Source: Felis catus (taxonomy: Eukaryota). Taken from it: a stretch of DNA of 64,000 nucleotides. The stretch spans positions 174,656,001-174,720,000 of the forward strand of contig NC_058368.1 of NCBI RefSeq assembly GCF_018350175.1, written 5' to 3'. Made by a program: the position numbers and the translations under genes. This document shows, piece after piece, positions 12,687 through 25,329 of this stretch. Below the pieces are notes generated by a model that ran no database searches, was not told the DNA's origin, and was given only the letters and a program-made list of their open reading frames with translations. Position 1 is the first letter of the stretch, and each line of letters begins with the position of its first letter.

Positions 12687-12886
12687 GGTAGGGGGAGAGA
12701 GAGAGAGAGGACATGTGTGCACAGGCAGAGGAGGGGCAAAGAGAGAGGGCGTAAGAGAATCCCAAGCAGGCTCCACGCTCTACACACAGAGTCCGACCCA
12801 GGGCTAGATCTCACGAACCGTGAGATCACAACCTGAGCTAAAATAAAGAACCAGACGCTTAAGTGACTGAGCCACCCAGGCGCCCC
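12687..12886 (-). mobile_element. CanSINE (older type, tail missing)
   Basis: Reverse head GACTGAGCCACCCAGGCGCCCC. Confidence 0.88.
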
Positions 12887-13036
12887 TCAAACATTTTTAA
12901 AAGCTCATTTTATTTCCTATTGTTAATATCTCTTTGCAACTGTTATTTAGGAGGTGCTCTAAAGATTATAATATGTACCTTTAACTTATCACAGTATACT
13001 GAATATTGTACCATTTCACTAAAATGTAACCATCTT

Positions 13037-13254
13037 GGGGCGCCTGGGTGGTGCAGTTGGTTAAGCGCCCGACTTCAGCCAGGTCACGATCTCGCGGTCC
13101 GTGAGTTCGAGCCCCGCGTCGGGCTCTGGGCTGATGGCTCGGAGCCTGGAGCCTGTTTCCGATTCTGTGTCTCCCTCTCTCTCTGCCCCTCCCCCGTTCA
13201 TGCTCTGTCTCTCTCTGTCCCAAAAATAAATAAACGATGAAAAAAAAATTTTTT
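13037..13254 (+). mobile_element. CanSINE, young full-length
   Basis: Perfect TSD AATGTAACCATCTT at 13023-13036 and 13255-13268. Confidence 0.97.
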
Positions 13255-13390
13255 AATGTAACCATCTTGCAACTATATAATTGCATTTAATGTCCTCTAT
13301 CCTCTGTCCTCTTGTCACATATATTTTTCTCATACATTGCAAACTTCACAATAACATTAGTGGTATTTTTTATGTAGCGGTTAATTGTCT

Positions 13391-13604
13391 TTTTAAATGT
13401 TTATTTTTGAGGGACAGGGAGAGAAAAAGAGAGAGAGCAAGTGGGGGAGGGGCAGAGAGAGAGAGGGAGACACAGAATCCGAAGCGGGCTCCAGGCTCTG
13501 AGCTGTCAGCACAGAGCCCGACGCGGGGCTCGAACTCACGGACCGTGAGATCATGACCTGGGCCACAGCTGGACGCTCAACCGACTAGGCCACCCAGGTG
13601 CCCC
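13391..13604 (-). mobile_element. CanSINE
   Basis: Full reverse body; TSD GTTAATTGTCT. Confidence 0.95.
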
Positions 13605-15168
13605 GCTGTTAATTGTCTATTAAATAAATTAAGAGAAGGAGAAGAGATCATGTTTTAGAGCTGTCCATACATTTACCTTTTCTGGCATTTATTTATTTAT
13701 TTACCTGATATTTGAGTTTCCATCTTGTGTCACTTCCCTTCCGGAGAACTTCCTTTAGTATCTCTTACAGTGAAGTTTTGCCGGAAAAAAAAAAAAAAAT
13801 TCTCCTAGAGTTTGTTTGTCTACACATGTTGTTATCTCAGCTTCATTCTGAAAGATACTTTAATTGGAAATATTCTGACTTAACTGATTTTTTTCTTTCA
13901 GTACTTTGAGATGCTCTCCGGTTGTCTTCTGTCTTCCCCTGCTTCTGGTAGAGGGCAGTCGTCATTCATTCGCGGTTCCCCTGTTTGGAATGTGTCCTTT
14001 TTTCCTCTGGATGCTTTTTTTTTTTTTTTTTTTTTTTTTACAATTTCCTCTTTACCTTCTGCCGTCAGCAGTTTGATACAATGGGCCTCGGTGTGCTTTT
14101 ATCTGTTGTTATACTGCTTCAGGTTTACTGAGATTCTTGGATCTGTAGGTTCATGTTTTCACCAAATTTGGGAACTGGCGACCCAGGAATCTTCTTGCAA
14201 TAGTTGTTCTGCCTACTGTCTCTTCTTCCTGTCCTCTGGGTCTCCCATTACTCCTTTGTTAGATGACTTGATATTGTCCTACAGGTCACTGAAACTTCGT
14301 TCCCCAAGTTTTCGATCTTTTTACTCTCACCCTTGGCTGCTAATGCCAACATCTCAGTGTCTGTGTCCATTGACTGCTTTTTCTTCTGGGTTATGAGCCA
14401 CAGATCCTTCTTCTTTGCCTAAGAAATTCTTCTATTTTTTTAGACATTGGGACATTGTGGTTGATACAGTGTAGGGAGTCTGGGTAATGTCCCTCTTTTT
14501 TAAAGGATGTGGGTTTTGCTTTGAAAGCGCGCAGTTAAAATACTTTCAGATGCCAAGGAGTCTATCAAGGCTGACTTTATTCTTTGACTTTGTCCATAGC
14601 CCTATGATGTGATCCTTCCTTTAGGACCTGGTCTTGACTTCTAAGACCTGTCCTTCTGAGGGTCTTCACCAAACGTGTGGGGGTGCTTATGAGATCGTTC
14701 CACTCGGATTGGCTAGAAGTCAAGCCACTCTCTAATAAACCACGGGGAATCTTGCCGATGCATGTGAAGTCTAGTCGCTGGCCAGAGAAAGCCCCACGCA
14801 GAATTTTGGGTCCTTGCTTCTACCCATCTTCCCCTCCTCTAGTTCCCTGGCATGCAAATTCCTGTCACTTGATAACACTGAACTCTGATCTCCATCAACT
14901 CAGTTCAGTCAGATTGCTTTGCTCTTTGGGTTCCATGCATGATGGCCGAGGAGGTGACCCCACGCCAAAAGTCAAGGCAAACATGGGGCTTGTCTTGTAT
15001 GTCTTCCTTTTTTTCAAGGATCGAAATCTTGCACTGACGCTAGTCTGATGCCTGAAAACAGTCGCTTCCTATGTTTTCTACAATTTTATGTTTCTTGGTG
15101 ACAAGAAGTCAATGGAATGGAAGTTTCCTCCTTGCTCTTTGGGATTTCATATCCAATCAGTCATGGAA

Positions 15169-15577
15169 TCTGTAAATCCTTAGTGCTCGATGCCAATTCT
15201 TTTGGTTTTGCACCTTTAGGGCACAAGATAGGATCGTACCTCCCTCTGCCCTTGAGTTGGCCACCAAGTCACTTATCTAGGCTAGGTGTAAGTACGTGAA
15301 AGTGACCCGTGTCTTTTCTAGGTGGAAGCATTTAAAAGCCAGTGTGCATTTTGCCGCATACCCGTCCCTTTTACTATGATTGGTCATATGCCCCAGAGTA
15401 GACACACTATCAGCCTGTGTCTCTAAGTGAAGATGACGCGGAACAGCATCCCCTAAAAACCTGGGATGGACTGTAGTGTGAGAACTAAATCTTTGGGTTT
15501 TTTTTTTTTTTTAAGCTACCTGGGTTTGGAGGATTGTTCGTCCCTGCAGCAAAACGTAGCCTCTTCTAACTACTACA
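15169..15577 (+). mobile_element. MaLR LTR (MLT1J/K-like)
   Basis: Ends ...GCAGCAAAACGTAGCCTCTTCTAACTACTACA, like MLT1 termini; internal TGAAAGTGACCCGTGTC...GGAAGCATTTAAAAGCCAGTG. Confidence 0.7.
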
Positions 15578-15589
15578 AAGTCCCATCAT

Positions 15590-16110
15590 TTCAACTTCCC
15601 AAATTTCTCTCAACACATTTCTTCCCGTTCATCCCTACTTAACCCCCGTCACCTCCCTCCTACACTGCCTCCAGCATCTCCACCCCCTTCCGACCTTCAC
15701 GAAGCCCTTCAGTGGCAGTTCTTAAACGACTGCTGGTTGTATCATCCCCTTCTGATGACCAGTCCAAGATGTCTCCCCACCTCCCTAAAAATAACACTTT
15801 TGCCCTGGCAGCGGGACTCCTCCCCATCTGGCTGCGACACACCATTTCAGCCTTGGGGCCAGCAAACCCACATATTCTCTGCCTAGGTCACCTGAGTAAT
15901 TGTGTCCTCCTCAGACAGGAGTGCCTTCCCTTTTCACCTCACTGCACTTTGGCTTACGCGGTTCCTCGTGCCAGAAATGCGGTTCCTCGTGCATCCGTTT
16001 CCAGCCCAGATATCACCTACACTGTGAGTTTCTCCTTCTTGCGAACCCATCCCCCCCCTTGTGGAATCCTGCCCAGCTCTCCTCCTCCTTTGCTACTCTG
16101 CATATTTTAG
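15590..16110 (+). mobile_element. L2 fragment
   Basis: Pyrimidine-rich; CACTTTGGCTTACGCGGTTCCTCGTGCCAGAAATGC resembles the L2 3' region. Confidence 0.55.
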
Positions 16111-16149
16111 GATCTCAGAGGTTATTACTGGATGTGCCGGCGGAGGCAG

Positions 16150-16670
16150 GTCCTTGTTTGTATTACATTTGGTCTGCACGCTAATTTTTTTTTAAAAATG
16201 GAATTATTTGGCAAAAACGTCAGGATTAGGAAATTCCATACGCACAAAACCACATTTGGGTTGCTCTTGAAAAACCACTAGACCGGGGCGCCTGGGTGGC
16301 GCAGTCGGTTAAGCGTCCGACTTCAGCCAGGTCACGATCTCGCGGCCGGTGAGTTCGAGCCCCGCGTCAGGCTCTGGGCTGATGGCTCAGAGCCTGGAGC
16401 CTGTTTCCGATTCTGTGTCTCCCTCTCTCTCTGCCCCTCCCCTGTTCATGCTCTGTCTCTCTCTGTCCCAAAAATAAATAAACGTTGAAAAAAAAAATTA
16501 AAAAAGAAAAAAAAGAAAAAAAAAAGAAAAACCACTAGACCTGGCCATCCCCCGCTGTGTTCCTACTTGGCAACAAACAGGCCTAGAGCCGAGTTCCCGC
16601 GCGTCTCTCAGCTGGGCGCGTGCGCTCTGATTTGCAGGCCATCGCACTCGGTTCATTTCATCCGTGCGCG
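16150..16670. mobile_element. MER102-like hAT-Charlie element split by a SINE
   Basis: CTCTTGAAAAA...CTGGCCATCCCC...CTTGGCAACAAACAGGCCTAGAGCCGAGT resembles recalled MER102. Confidence 0.55.
16285..16525 (+). mobile_element. CanSINE, young full-length
   Basis: Perfect 16-bp TSD GAAAAACCACTAGACC at 16269-16284 and 16526-16541; long A tail. Confidence 0.97.
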
Positions 16671-17449
16671 CCAACCCTATGCCATCCTTCTGGGAGCTGC
16701 CTTAGCAATTCCTGGAATCGAGTGACCTGTTCACGTGCCTGGCTCCTGCTCCACCAGACTGTTAACCCCCGCAAGGTGGGATTGTGTTTCATGCGTGCTT
16801 CACCCCTTTTGGATCTATTAGGGTAAGTCGTGTTTGGCAGGTGTGCCCGAGCTCGTGCGGGACGCGCGCGCACACACACATCGCAAGCAAGGGCTAATTG
16901 TTGTCTTCACGGAGTACATGCTCCACAAGGGGTTCCTCCCTGGTCACTTCGATATGTGGAGTCACCGCGGTGAAATCTACGATGAGAGAGTATTAGAGGA
17001 AGCACTGTAAAAGGCAAACCAGGAAACACTTAGAGAGGACCCTCCAAGAGGGTTGCCTTTTTGTGTGCTATTTATCGGGGAAGCCAGCATTGCACACAGT
17101 GATCCAGGTTCTGAGGCTCAGTCTAATGGCATAAATGTACCTATATCTCTGTCCCTTTATCTCTGTTCACCTCGCCTATGCAGGTAGCTAGCTACCTACC
17201 TGAGTGCGATCTTGCACAAACATACCCAACCCTCTCTCAATTCCGCAAGTCAGCTTTTGAATGACGGCGTGTGTCATCTACGGCTATTTGCACGGTGGAG
17301 AAGGAAGGTGAAAGACAGTTGATGAGCCAAGCTAGTTTTTAATCTCTCTGGCACCAAAAAGAAAAAAGAAAAAAAAAACCACTAAACACAACCTTCACAC
17401 GCCTAAACAGAGTCTAGACTGTGTGAGGAAGTCATTTGGGATATTAGGC

Positions 17450-18215
17450 ATTTTTAAGTGGCCGGTTCATCACCATCCATCTCCAGAATGTTCCATCTTC
17501 CCCAACTGAAACTCTGTCTCTGGTTAAACAATAACCCTCCTTCTCCCCACAGCCCCTCGTAAGATCTCCCTTCTTCTCTCTGTCTCTATGATGTCTGCTA
17601 CTCAAGGAACCTCACGTAAGCGGAATCCTACGGTATTTATCTTTTTGCAACCGGCTTGTTTCACTCAGCAAAATGTCCTCGAGTTCCACCCATGTCGGAG
17701 CGTGTGTTGGAATGTCCTTCCTTTTTAAGGTGGAATAAAACTCACAGGTGTTCATTATGCATACGACGTATTTTGCTTATCCTGTCGTCTTATCGATAGA
17801 CACTTGGGTCACTTCCATTTTTTAGCTGTTGTGAACGATGCTGTTTTGTATAGACGCACAACGATCTCTTTGACTCCCTGCTTTCATTCTTGTGGGTACA
17901 TACCCAGAAGTGGAATTGTTGGATCATAGGAGAATTCTATTTTTAACTTTTGGAAGACCTGTCCTACTGTTTTCCACAGCAGCTGTACCATTTTCCATTC
18001 CCACCAGCAATGCACAGGGTCCCAATTTCTCCACATCCTCGCCAACACGTATTATTTTCTGGGTGTTGTTGATAAGAGCCACCATCATGGGTGTGAGGTG
18101 GTATCTCACTGATTTGGCCTTCCTTTGATGATGAGTGATATCGAGCATCTTTTCATGAGCTTGTTGGCTCTCCGTATATCTTCTTTGGAAAAGGTCTATG
18201 CAAGTCTTTCGTCAA
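17450..18215 (-). mobile_element. L1 (L1MA/L1MB-like) 3' end including an ORF2 C-terminal remnant
   Basis: CATCACCATCCATCTCCAGAA...AACTGAAACTCTGT 3' UTR; ORF 17924-18148 RYHLTPMMVALI...VGEDVEKLGPCALLVGMENGTAAVENS is the L1 ORF2 C-terminus. Confidence 0.9.
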
Positions 18216-18589
18216 AGGCATATTTTTGTGATGAGATCCCTATTTTGGGGTAGGAGGGTCACAGGACAGGGGCACTCGTCACACCCCAGTTCCTGTGCCA
18301 GGCTTCAGAGTTCCGTGATGAGCTCATCAGCAGTGAGAGAGAGCGGGGGGCTCTAGACAGGGAGCATCGTCCAGGTGGGGGGCAGGTAACACTTGAGATG
18401 GGATCGCAGTGACAGACACAGGAGAATCTCGGGGAGGGGGGCAAGGCCTGCTTGGAAGGAAAGAGGTGGGGTGGAGGACGGGGTGGGGGGTGTCTGTCTG
18501 GAAGGAAGGGGGTGGGGTGGAGGACAGGGGTCCAGGACAGGGATAAGCTCCTTGCAGAGTGAGCTTGCTTCGGGAGATAGTTGCCGCAG

Positions 18590-18815
18590 TGGGTAAGAGC
18601 AAAGGCTTTCTAGTCCTGTGCTGGACCCCCTGCATCACAGTTTATGAGCTGTGTGACTTTGAGCAAGTCACTTGACCTTTACAAGCCTCCACATCCTCGT
18701 CTGTAAAATAAGAAGAAGAATGCCCACAATACACGGTGGTTCCGAAAACTAAATGAGCTAATGTCAATAAAATGCTTTGCAAATATCAGGCTAATAGCAG
18801 ATGCTCAGGAAAAGG
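18590..18815 (+). mobile_element. MIR
   Basis: GCTGTGTGACTTTGAGCAAGTCACTTGACC...CTCGTCTGTAAAATAAG. Confidence 0.8.
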
Positions 18816-19858
18816 TAGTTTTTCTTAGTGTTTTCCAAAACGCTGGATTTCTAAGAACTGCAAGTTCAGGTCAGTCAGACTCCCAACGCTTTGTCATTTC
18901 CACCGTAGATCCCGCAGAAATCTACAGTATCCGCGGAAGGCAATGCATACAGCTGTTCAGTACAGGTTCAAAGTTTCTCACGTTAGCGTGGCCGTCCTAC
19001 AGTTTGCTGTAATCACAGTACCAGCCTGAAGAATCCTGAGCCCAGATGTATCAGTCCGGAAGGAGATCCTCCGGATCGACGGTTTCAGTGAAACTGAGGC
19101 AAAGGAGAAACACCACCTTCCCAGAGTGGCTGCTGTGTCCCAGGCGCTATACCGGCCCCCCATGCGTGTGACCCCACCGCGATTCCCAACCTCCAACAGA
19201 GGTAAGGAGTTTTACTTCCATGTTACAGATGGGAAAACTGAGACTCAGGGAGCGCTTGCAAAAAGGTTAATGGATGGAGGCAGTGGGACCGGGATTTGCC
19301 CTTGGTTCTGCCTTGACTTCTAAAACCATGGATCTTCCCATTCGTCTGTTTTGCGTATTAGAAAAATCGTGTTTTAGGATTTCTGTTAGGGCACTTGGTG
19401 TCATGATGAGACTATAGGGCTCAGACATATCCTGTTTGTTTGTTTGTTTACTTCACCCCTACCTTTCTCCTTGAATATCCCTTTATCTACAACACTTCTG
19501 AGGGTCCCGTCCACCTTCCGGACTATTGATATGTGACCGTGGGGTCGCATTGCTTCACCCCAAGATTACCTCTGCCCCTACCGCTGACACATCCTCCTGA
19601 TCTTCCGTCGTCGGCAGTGGCTCCTACAGGACCAGGAACACTATTTACTACTCTTTCCTTCTTCCAATTCTCCTTTCATTGTCTTCCGTTGCCTCAGAGT
19701 TGACAGGAGATCACTGGCGCTTGTGACCGACCGGCACTTCCTCCCCAGCGTGGCTCTTTAAGAACCGTGTTTTCTCTTCCGTGTGAACGCTTGTACTACT
19801 ACTGTTCATTTAGCATTATTCTCGAAATATACGCATTTTCTTATTGAAATAAACTTAT

Positions 19859-20081
19859 CTCTTTTTTACTTTTTTAATGCTTTATGTATTTTTGAGAGCG
19901 AGAGAGACAGAGAGCACGAGCAGGGGAGGGGCAGAGAGAGAGGGAGACACAGAATCCGCAGCAGGCTCCGGGCTCCGAGCTGTCAGCGCCGAGCCCGACG
20001 CGGGGCTCGAACCCACGAGCTATAAGATCACGACCTGAGTTGAAGTCGGACGCTCAACCGACTGAGCCACCCAGGCGCCCC
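19859..20081 (-). mobile_element. CanSINE
   Basis: Full reverse body; TSD AAAT(A/C)AACTTAT. Confidence 0.95.
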
Positions 20082-20569
20082 TTAAATCAACTTATTTGCA
20101 AGGAAACTTACACCATTGTCAAAAATGGACAACCAGCATCCCAAGTTATGTTTGTCAACATCTTACCCTCCGATCAGCTGCTGGGACGGACAGTCCCCAA
20201 AGCTCAGGGGCCACCCGCAGTAAAAGTTTATTTTTACTTAACATTTTGAAAAGTCGTTCATGCCAAGTCCAAAGCAGTCGTTTCTGCCTCGGCCTTCCCC
20301 CTCCTTCTTGCGAGACGACCATCGCCACACTCGGGATCCAAGGAAAGAGAGTCAGTGGTGAAAGCACAGCGGACACGGTCCCCCGGACCCCAGAATGACA
20401 CGCTTCCCTTCGCTAACATTTCACTCGGGTCAAAACTGATTGCATGGTCCATCCCAGATTCCAGGCGGCAGGGAACACACACTGCCGAGGCAGTCGCTTT
20501 CCATCAACAACCCTGTACTGTGGGAGAGAAGCCCAAATCTGCCTCCCCTGCCATCGGAAGTAATTAGGA

Positions 20570-20765
20570 GGGGCGCCTGGGTGGCTCAGTCCGTGGAGCT
20601 TCCGACTTCGGCTCGGGTCATGATCCCACGGCTCGTGAGTTCGAGCCCCGGGTCGGGCTTGCTGCTGTCAGCCTGTCAGTGCAGAGCAGAACCTGCTTCG
20701 GATCCCCAGTCCCCCTCTCTTTACCCCTCCCCCACTTGCGTTCTCCCCAAACTAAATGAATATTC
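20570..20765 (+). mobile_element. CanSINE variant (GCTGTCAGCCTGTCAG internal duplication)
   Basis: SINE head and B-box region, variant middle, short tail. Confidence 0.9.
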
Positions 20766-21432
20766 GAAAGTCGTTGGGAAAGAAAAGACAGTAAGAGTCT
20801 TGCTCCGGATTCCCCAGCCCCTCTCTCTGGAATCTGTTTGCATGGTGTTGCACGAGAGGAATGCTAAAAAGAGCCTCCCCCTTGGCCCTGGTTCCCTTCC
20901 CCTAAGTCTTCCCAGGTTTCTGCGGTGTGGAGGTAGAAGCTGCCTTTGAAATGAGACTTCAGGCCATGAGGCAAAACCCGGCCAGGCTGTGCTTCCCCGC
21001 CCCCCACCGTGGGCCCTCGGAGCACAGCACCGACCATCCACCATCCGCTCCCTGTCACCAGCGGCCCCCACCACGCCCTGGGGAACATTCCCAGAGGCTG
21101 AGGAGCCTCCATGCTTGGTCCTCAGTTCAACTCGGTCAGTGACGCTCTGACATCAACCTTCCACCTTCTGCCAACTCTGCTTCCCCGAAGGAAACCCAAG
21201 GTGGGCCTGGGAGCATGGCCCCCCTGGGCCTCGTCTCCTGGAAGTTCTCTTCTCTCTTGAACTCCTTGATCTTTTCTCTCTTGGTTTCCCTTTGATATCA
21301 GTGCCTGAATGATCCCTCTCCTAGAAAAGGGGGTCTGTGCTAAAAAGGTGGAGGTCACAGATCTCATCCACGTCCTTCTGTAAGCGAAGAAACTGAGGGC
21401 ACAGAGACGACTAAAGGTGTGGTCTCCTTACC

Positions 21433-21728
21433 TGTAATGGACTGAACTGTGTCCCCCACCCCCAATTTATTTGTTGAAGTCCTAGCACCCGAGGTGACTG
21501 TCTTCGGAGCTAGGGCCTTTAAGGCATTGTTAAAGTTAAATGAAGTCATATGGGTAAGGCCCTAATCCCATGTGGCCGGTGTCCTTATCAGCAGGGGAAG
21601 AGACTGGTGTCCTTATAACCAGGGACAGGGACGCACGGAGGGAAGACTATGTCAGGATGCACTGACAAGACAGCCACCTACAAGCCAAGGAGAGAGCCTG
21701 GGAGGTAAACAGCCCTGGTGATACCTTC
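21433..21728 (+). mobile_element. MaLR LTR (MLT1A/B-like), 3'-truncated
   Basis: TGTAATGGACTGAACTGTGTCCCCC...GTTGAAGTCCTA...GGCCCTAATCC...GGTGTCCTTAT...CTACAAGCCAAGGAGAGAG. Confidence 0.85.
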
Positions 21729-21819
21729 TAAACGCATCCCGTTGTGTGTGGCAAAATATCCGGCCCCCCTACCGGGGTGTGGCCCCATCTAAGGCTTAGA
21801 CCAGTCTGACACCCATCGC

Positions 21820-22175
21820 TCTTTTTGCCTAGAGTATTCTTCCGGAGTCTTCTGCTCAGAGCAGACTCCTTTCCCCTTCTTCGGGCCTCAGCTCAAATGT
21901 GACCTGCAGAGCCTGCCCCTGACCCCATCCAAAGCAGCCTGCCCCGTACCCTGTGATGGGAGCATGCTCTCTCTCAACGGTTTCCAATGTTCAAAGCTCA
22001 CAACACTTCCCGGAATCTGAGATCACTTGTGTGCGTACTGATTTTTGCTTCTTTTCTGTCTCCCTACTTAGAAGCCGCACGCTAGCTTCTCCTGCCCCCA
22101 GAACGGTCCCTGGAACAGAGGAGGTGCTCAGAGGACGATTGCTGAACAGGGGCATGAGTGAGAGAATGCACAGGT
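21820..22175 (+). mobile_element. L2 3' end
   Basis: CTCAGCTCAAATGTGACC...CCCAGAACGGTCCCTGGAACAGAGGAGGTGCTCA. Confidence 0.65.
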
Positions 22176-22461
22176 GAAGGAGTGACTCCCCTCTGAGGGT
22201 CCGGTGAGGGAGGGTAGGTGTGACCGGGACGCTGTGGGAGGAAACACTCTTCTGATCTCCATAAAAGGTCAGGCGCTGGCTTCCTTCAACCTTGGTAGAC
22301 TCCATTCAGGCGCAGAGACGTTATAAATGACATGAAAATGGCACAAAAATGAACTGTGGCAGAGGCTTTTAGTCAAATCCAAGGAAATAAACATTTTATT
22401 TAAGGATGAGTGAAATCACTCAGGTAGATTGGGAAAAGACAAACAAAAAGAAAAGTAAAAT

Positions 22462-22500
22462 AGATGATAGATAGACAGATGGATGGATAGATAGAGAGAT
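22462..22500 (+). repeat. (GATA/GGAT)n compound microsatellite
   Basis: AGATGATAGATAGACAGATGGATGGATAGATAGAGAGAT. Confidence 0.8.
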
Positions 22501-22555
22501 AAAAAGGGGTGTGGGCCAGGTGGCTAAGTCATGTGACAGATGTATCTTGGTTGTC

Positions 22556-22935
22556 TTTTTTTTTTAAATTTTTTAAAAATGTTTATTTAGGGGCACCTGG
22601 GTGGCTCAGTCGGTTAGGCATCCGGCTTCGGCTCAGGTCACGATCTCGCGGTCCGTGAGTTCGAGCCCCGCCTCGGGCTCTGTGCTGACAGCTCGGAGCC
22701 TGGAGCCTGTTTCAGATTCTGTGTCTCCCTCTCTCTCTGACCCTCCCCCGTTCGTGCTCTGTCTCTCCCTGTCTCAAAAATGAATAAATGTTAAAAAAAA
22801 TTTTTTTTTATATGTTTATTTATTTTGAGAGAGAGACAGAGCACGAGCAGGGGAGGGGCAGAGAGAGAGGGAGACACAGAATCCCAAGCAGGCTCCGGGT
22901 TCTGAGCTGTCAGCACAGAGCCTGACGCGGGGCTG
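22556..22935 (-). mobile_element. 5'-truncated CanSINE whose tail is split by an opposite-strand SINE
   Basis: T-rich tail at 22556-22589 and body at ~22810-22935; ATGTTTATTTA duplicated on both sides of the insert. Confidence 0.8.
22590..22800 (+). mobile_element. CanSINE nested in the tail of the minus-strand SINE
   Basis: Full body from GGGGCACCTGGGTGGCTCAG to A tail. Confidence 0.95.
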
Positions 22936-23312
22936 ACCACACCCTCTGCCATGTGACTGTCGAGTCTCCCACTCAAGGGAGAGGTCCTTCCTCACCCCTG
23001 CGACATGGGGCTTGGCCATGTCATACGTACTCTGGCCAACGGATTGTTAGTAGAAGTGACACGATCAGGATCGAGAAGTGTGTTTGCACCCTGGGGCACG
23101 TTCTCTTATATCTCTGCCACCGCCATGAGAAGACAGGCCCAGGTTAGCCTGTTGGTCCCAAGAGGATGAAAGACAGTTGGAACAGAGTCACCACAGTCAA
23201 GTCGAGCCTGACGTAACAGATCTCCAGCCCACCCACGGGTGCTTGGCACAACACAGAGAATTGTGGTTTTAAGTTGGGGAATGGCTTTTCACATAGCAGG
23301 AGCTGACTGACA
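22936..23312 (+). mobile_element. MaLR LTR (MLT1H/I/J-like)
   Basis: GCCATGTGAC...GGGCTTGGCCATGT...CGCCATGAGAAG...AGCTGACTGACA. Confidence 0.75.
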
Positions 23313-24109
23313 TGGCCACTGGGTCCACACCCCTTGAAGAGGGGCCTCTGGGGCACACGACCCATGGCACCCGTTTTGAACCGCTGAGCTAGTCCACTTC
23401 AGCCTGCGCTTTATGACCTCTGCTCACCCTTCCTGGCTCTGACCTGGTGCTCGCCTGCTGCCCTCCTGAACCTTGATGCTGGCTTCTCCTTGGCTCTCTG
23501 GCTTTGCTGACTGCGGGGCAACACTCCAAGTCGGGGGCCCGGGTCGGAGCTCTGTGGGGCAGAACTACTAGCCAACGCTTTCCCTCACCAACATGAAACA
23601 CGAATAGAACCTACCTGACAACTGAGCTGTCACATGGGGGTCTGTCTGACGTGTCGCTAACACAGCCAGGAGGAGCGCCCATCGAAACCTCTTTTTTTGG
23701 GGACTGGATCAACCTAATGCAGGTAAAGGACCTCACTGTTGACAGAGACATTTACAAAGGTAAGCCAGCCGGAAGACCGGTCCCATCTCCGTTATGTTTC
23801 TCGGAGCCTTGAGCCCTGCTGACAATGTCCGGGGAGCATGTCGGATGCATTTGCATGTATCCTACTGCGTCCAGCCTGGGTCACGATCTGAGGAAAAGAG
23901 CTTAACCGAGTGGCCAAGATCATGGGCGCCGGGGCCAGGCTGCCCCGTGGTTCAAGGCCAGCCTGTGCTTCCCTCCGGGTGTAGACAGACCATTGTGCTA
24001 CAGACAGGACGATGATTTCAAGTCTCTCACATGCAAACCTTGCCCGGATTGAAAGAGACAATGCCTAACACGGAGTAAGAATGCAGTAGATGTTGATAAA
24101 AAAAAAAAA

Positions 24110-24890
24110 AAATGACATTGACAAAGGGCTCATTATAAGCCAGGAACGGTGCTAAGTGGCTTAAACATGTTCACTCTTTAAATCTTCCCAGTGACGTATT
24201 TTAAGCAGGTACTATTGTCATCCCCCTTTGACAGATGAGGAAATGGAGGCCTGGAATGTTTAAGTAGCATTCCCAAAGTCACGACCGAGCTTTGACACTG
24301 GGCAACGTGACGCCAGGGTCCACAATGCTATTCTGCCTCTTAATGTTCGTTGCCAATGCGGCCGATGACGTTATTGTCCCTTGCCTTGAGAAGAGGTCTT
24401 TCTTTGTAGTTGCCCATAACCCTCAGCATGGGGCCCTGCATATATGGTGAAAGAGTGGAAGAAGGCACATCATTGGAGCTCCTACTGTGCACTGGGCCCC
24501 TTTCAGGTTCTATCAAATCCAGCGAGGCAGGGATTATTATCTTCACTTTCAGATGGTGGGAGACGAGACTCGGAGAGGGGCAGTGGCCCTTCAAGGTTAC
24601 ACAACTTACAATTTTCAGAACCAGGCTTTGCTCCCAAACCTACCGCTCTGTGACTCCAAAGGTCATGCTCTGTGCAGCGCTCTCAGTCGGAAAATACATG
24701 TGGTCTTGCTGTCTTGTCTTTCACCGCCACCCTAGGGTGCCTCCAGTGGCATGCAGAGTAAAGGGAAGTAGGTTAGAAGTATTAGGATCTTGATTCTACT
24801 CCTGCCTCCTCGGGGTAACAGCTGTGTGGCCTTAGGCAAGTCTCTTCCCTTCTCTGAGCCTTTCGTCCTCATCTATAAGTTGAGAGAATT
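24110..24890. mobile_element. Cluster of three MIR fragments (24110-24330 -, 24470-24660 -, 24760-24890 +)
   Basis: TTTGACAGATGAGGAAATGGAGG; TTTCAGATGGTGGGAGACGAG; GCTGTGTGGCCTTAGGCAAGTCTCTTCCCTTCTCTGAGCC. Confidence 0.75.
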
Positions 24891-25329
24891 ACAATTTATT
24901 CCCGAGAGGACCTGTTTAAGTGTCCTCTTGCCTTCTCCAGATGCTTCTAAAGAACAGGTATGTTTTAGGTAATGATACCAAAGCTGTTCCTTTTCAAGAA
25001 GGAGGCTCAGAATCACATTCACCGGAGAAGTGTGCTTTCCTCGTGGGAAAGCCGACTCTGTTTTGTTCTGAAGACACTTGTCAGAGGTACGCTCCCTGGG
25101 ACCTTCAGGGAGAACCTGACGATAGTCACAGAAGACGCAGAAACCGGACTGTAGGGGCTCTCTGTTCTCCCACTGAAAGCCTGGGTGGGACAAGCCCTCC
25201 ACTAACACCCACGTGAAGCCAGGCGTAGCGAATGTGCTTGAGCCCAAGAGACAACGAGGGCCTGGGTTTCCCTTGTTGTAAAGAGTTTCCGTAGGGAGAA
25301 GGGTGGAAGTGTTGGACAAGAGGCAGTGG

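Larger units (their letters stand above)
12890..15110 (-). mobile_element. Ancient L1 (L1M-type) ORF1/5' region, decayed, interrupted by two SINEs
   Basis: T-rich reverse L1 ORF1 signatures such as AGAACTTCCTTTAGTATCTCTTACAG, CTTCATTCTGAAAGATACTTT and GGTTTACTGAGATTCTTGGATCTGTAG. Confidence 0.75.

Noticed and set aside
16912..17010. Short ORF EYMLHKGFLPGHFDMWSHRGEIYDERVLEEAL
   Set aside because: Too short, no splice signals, and partly resembles a decayed MIR 3' region
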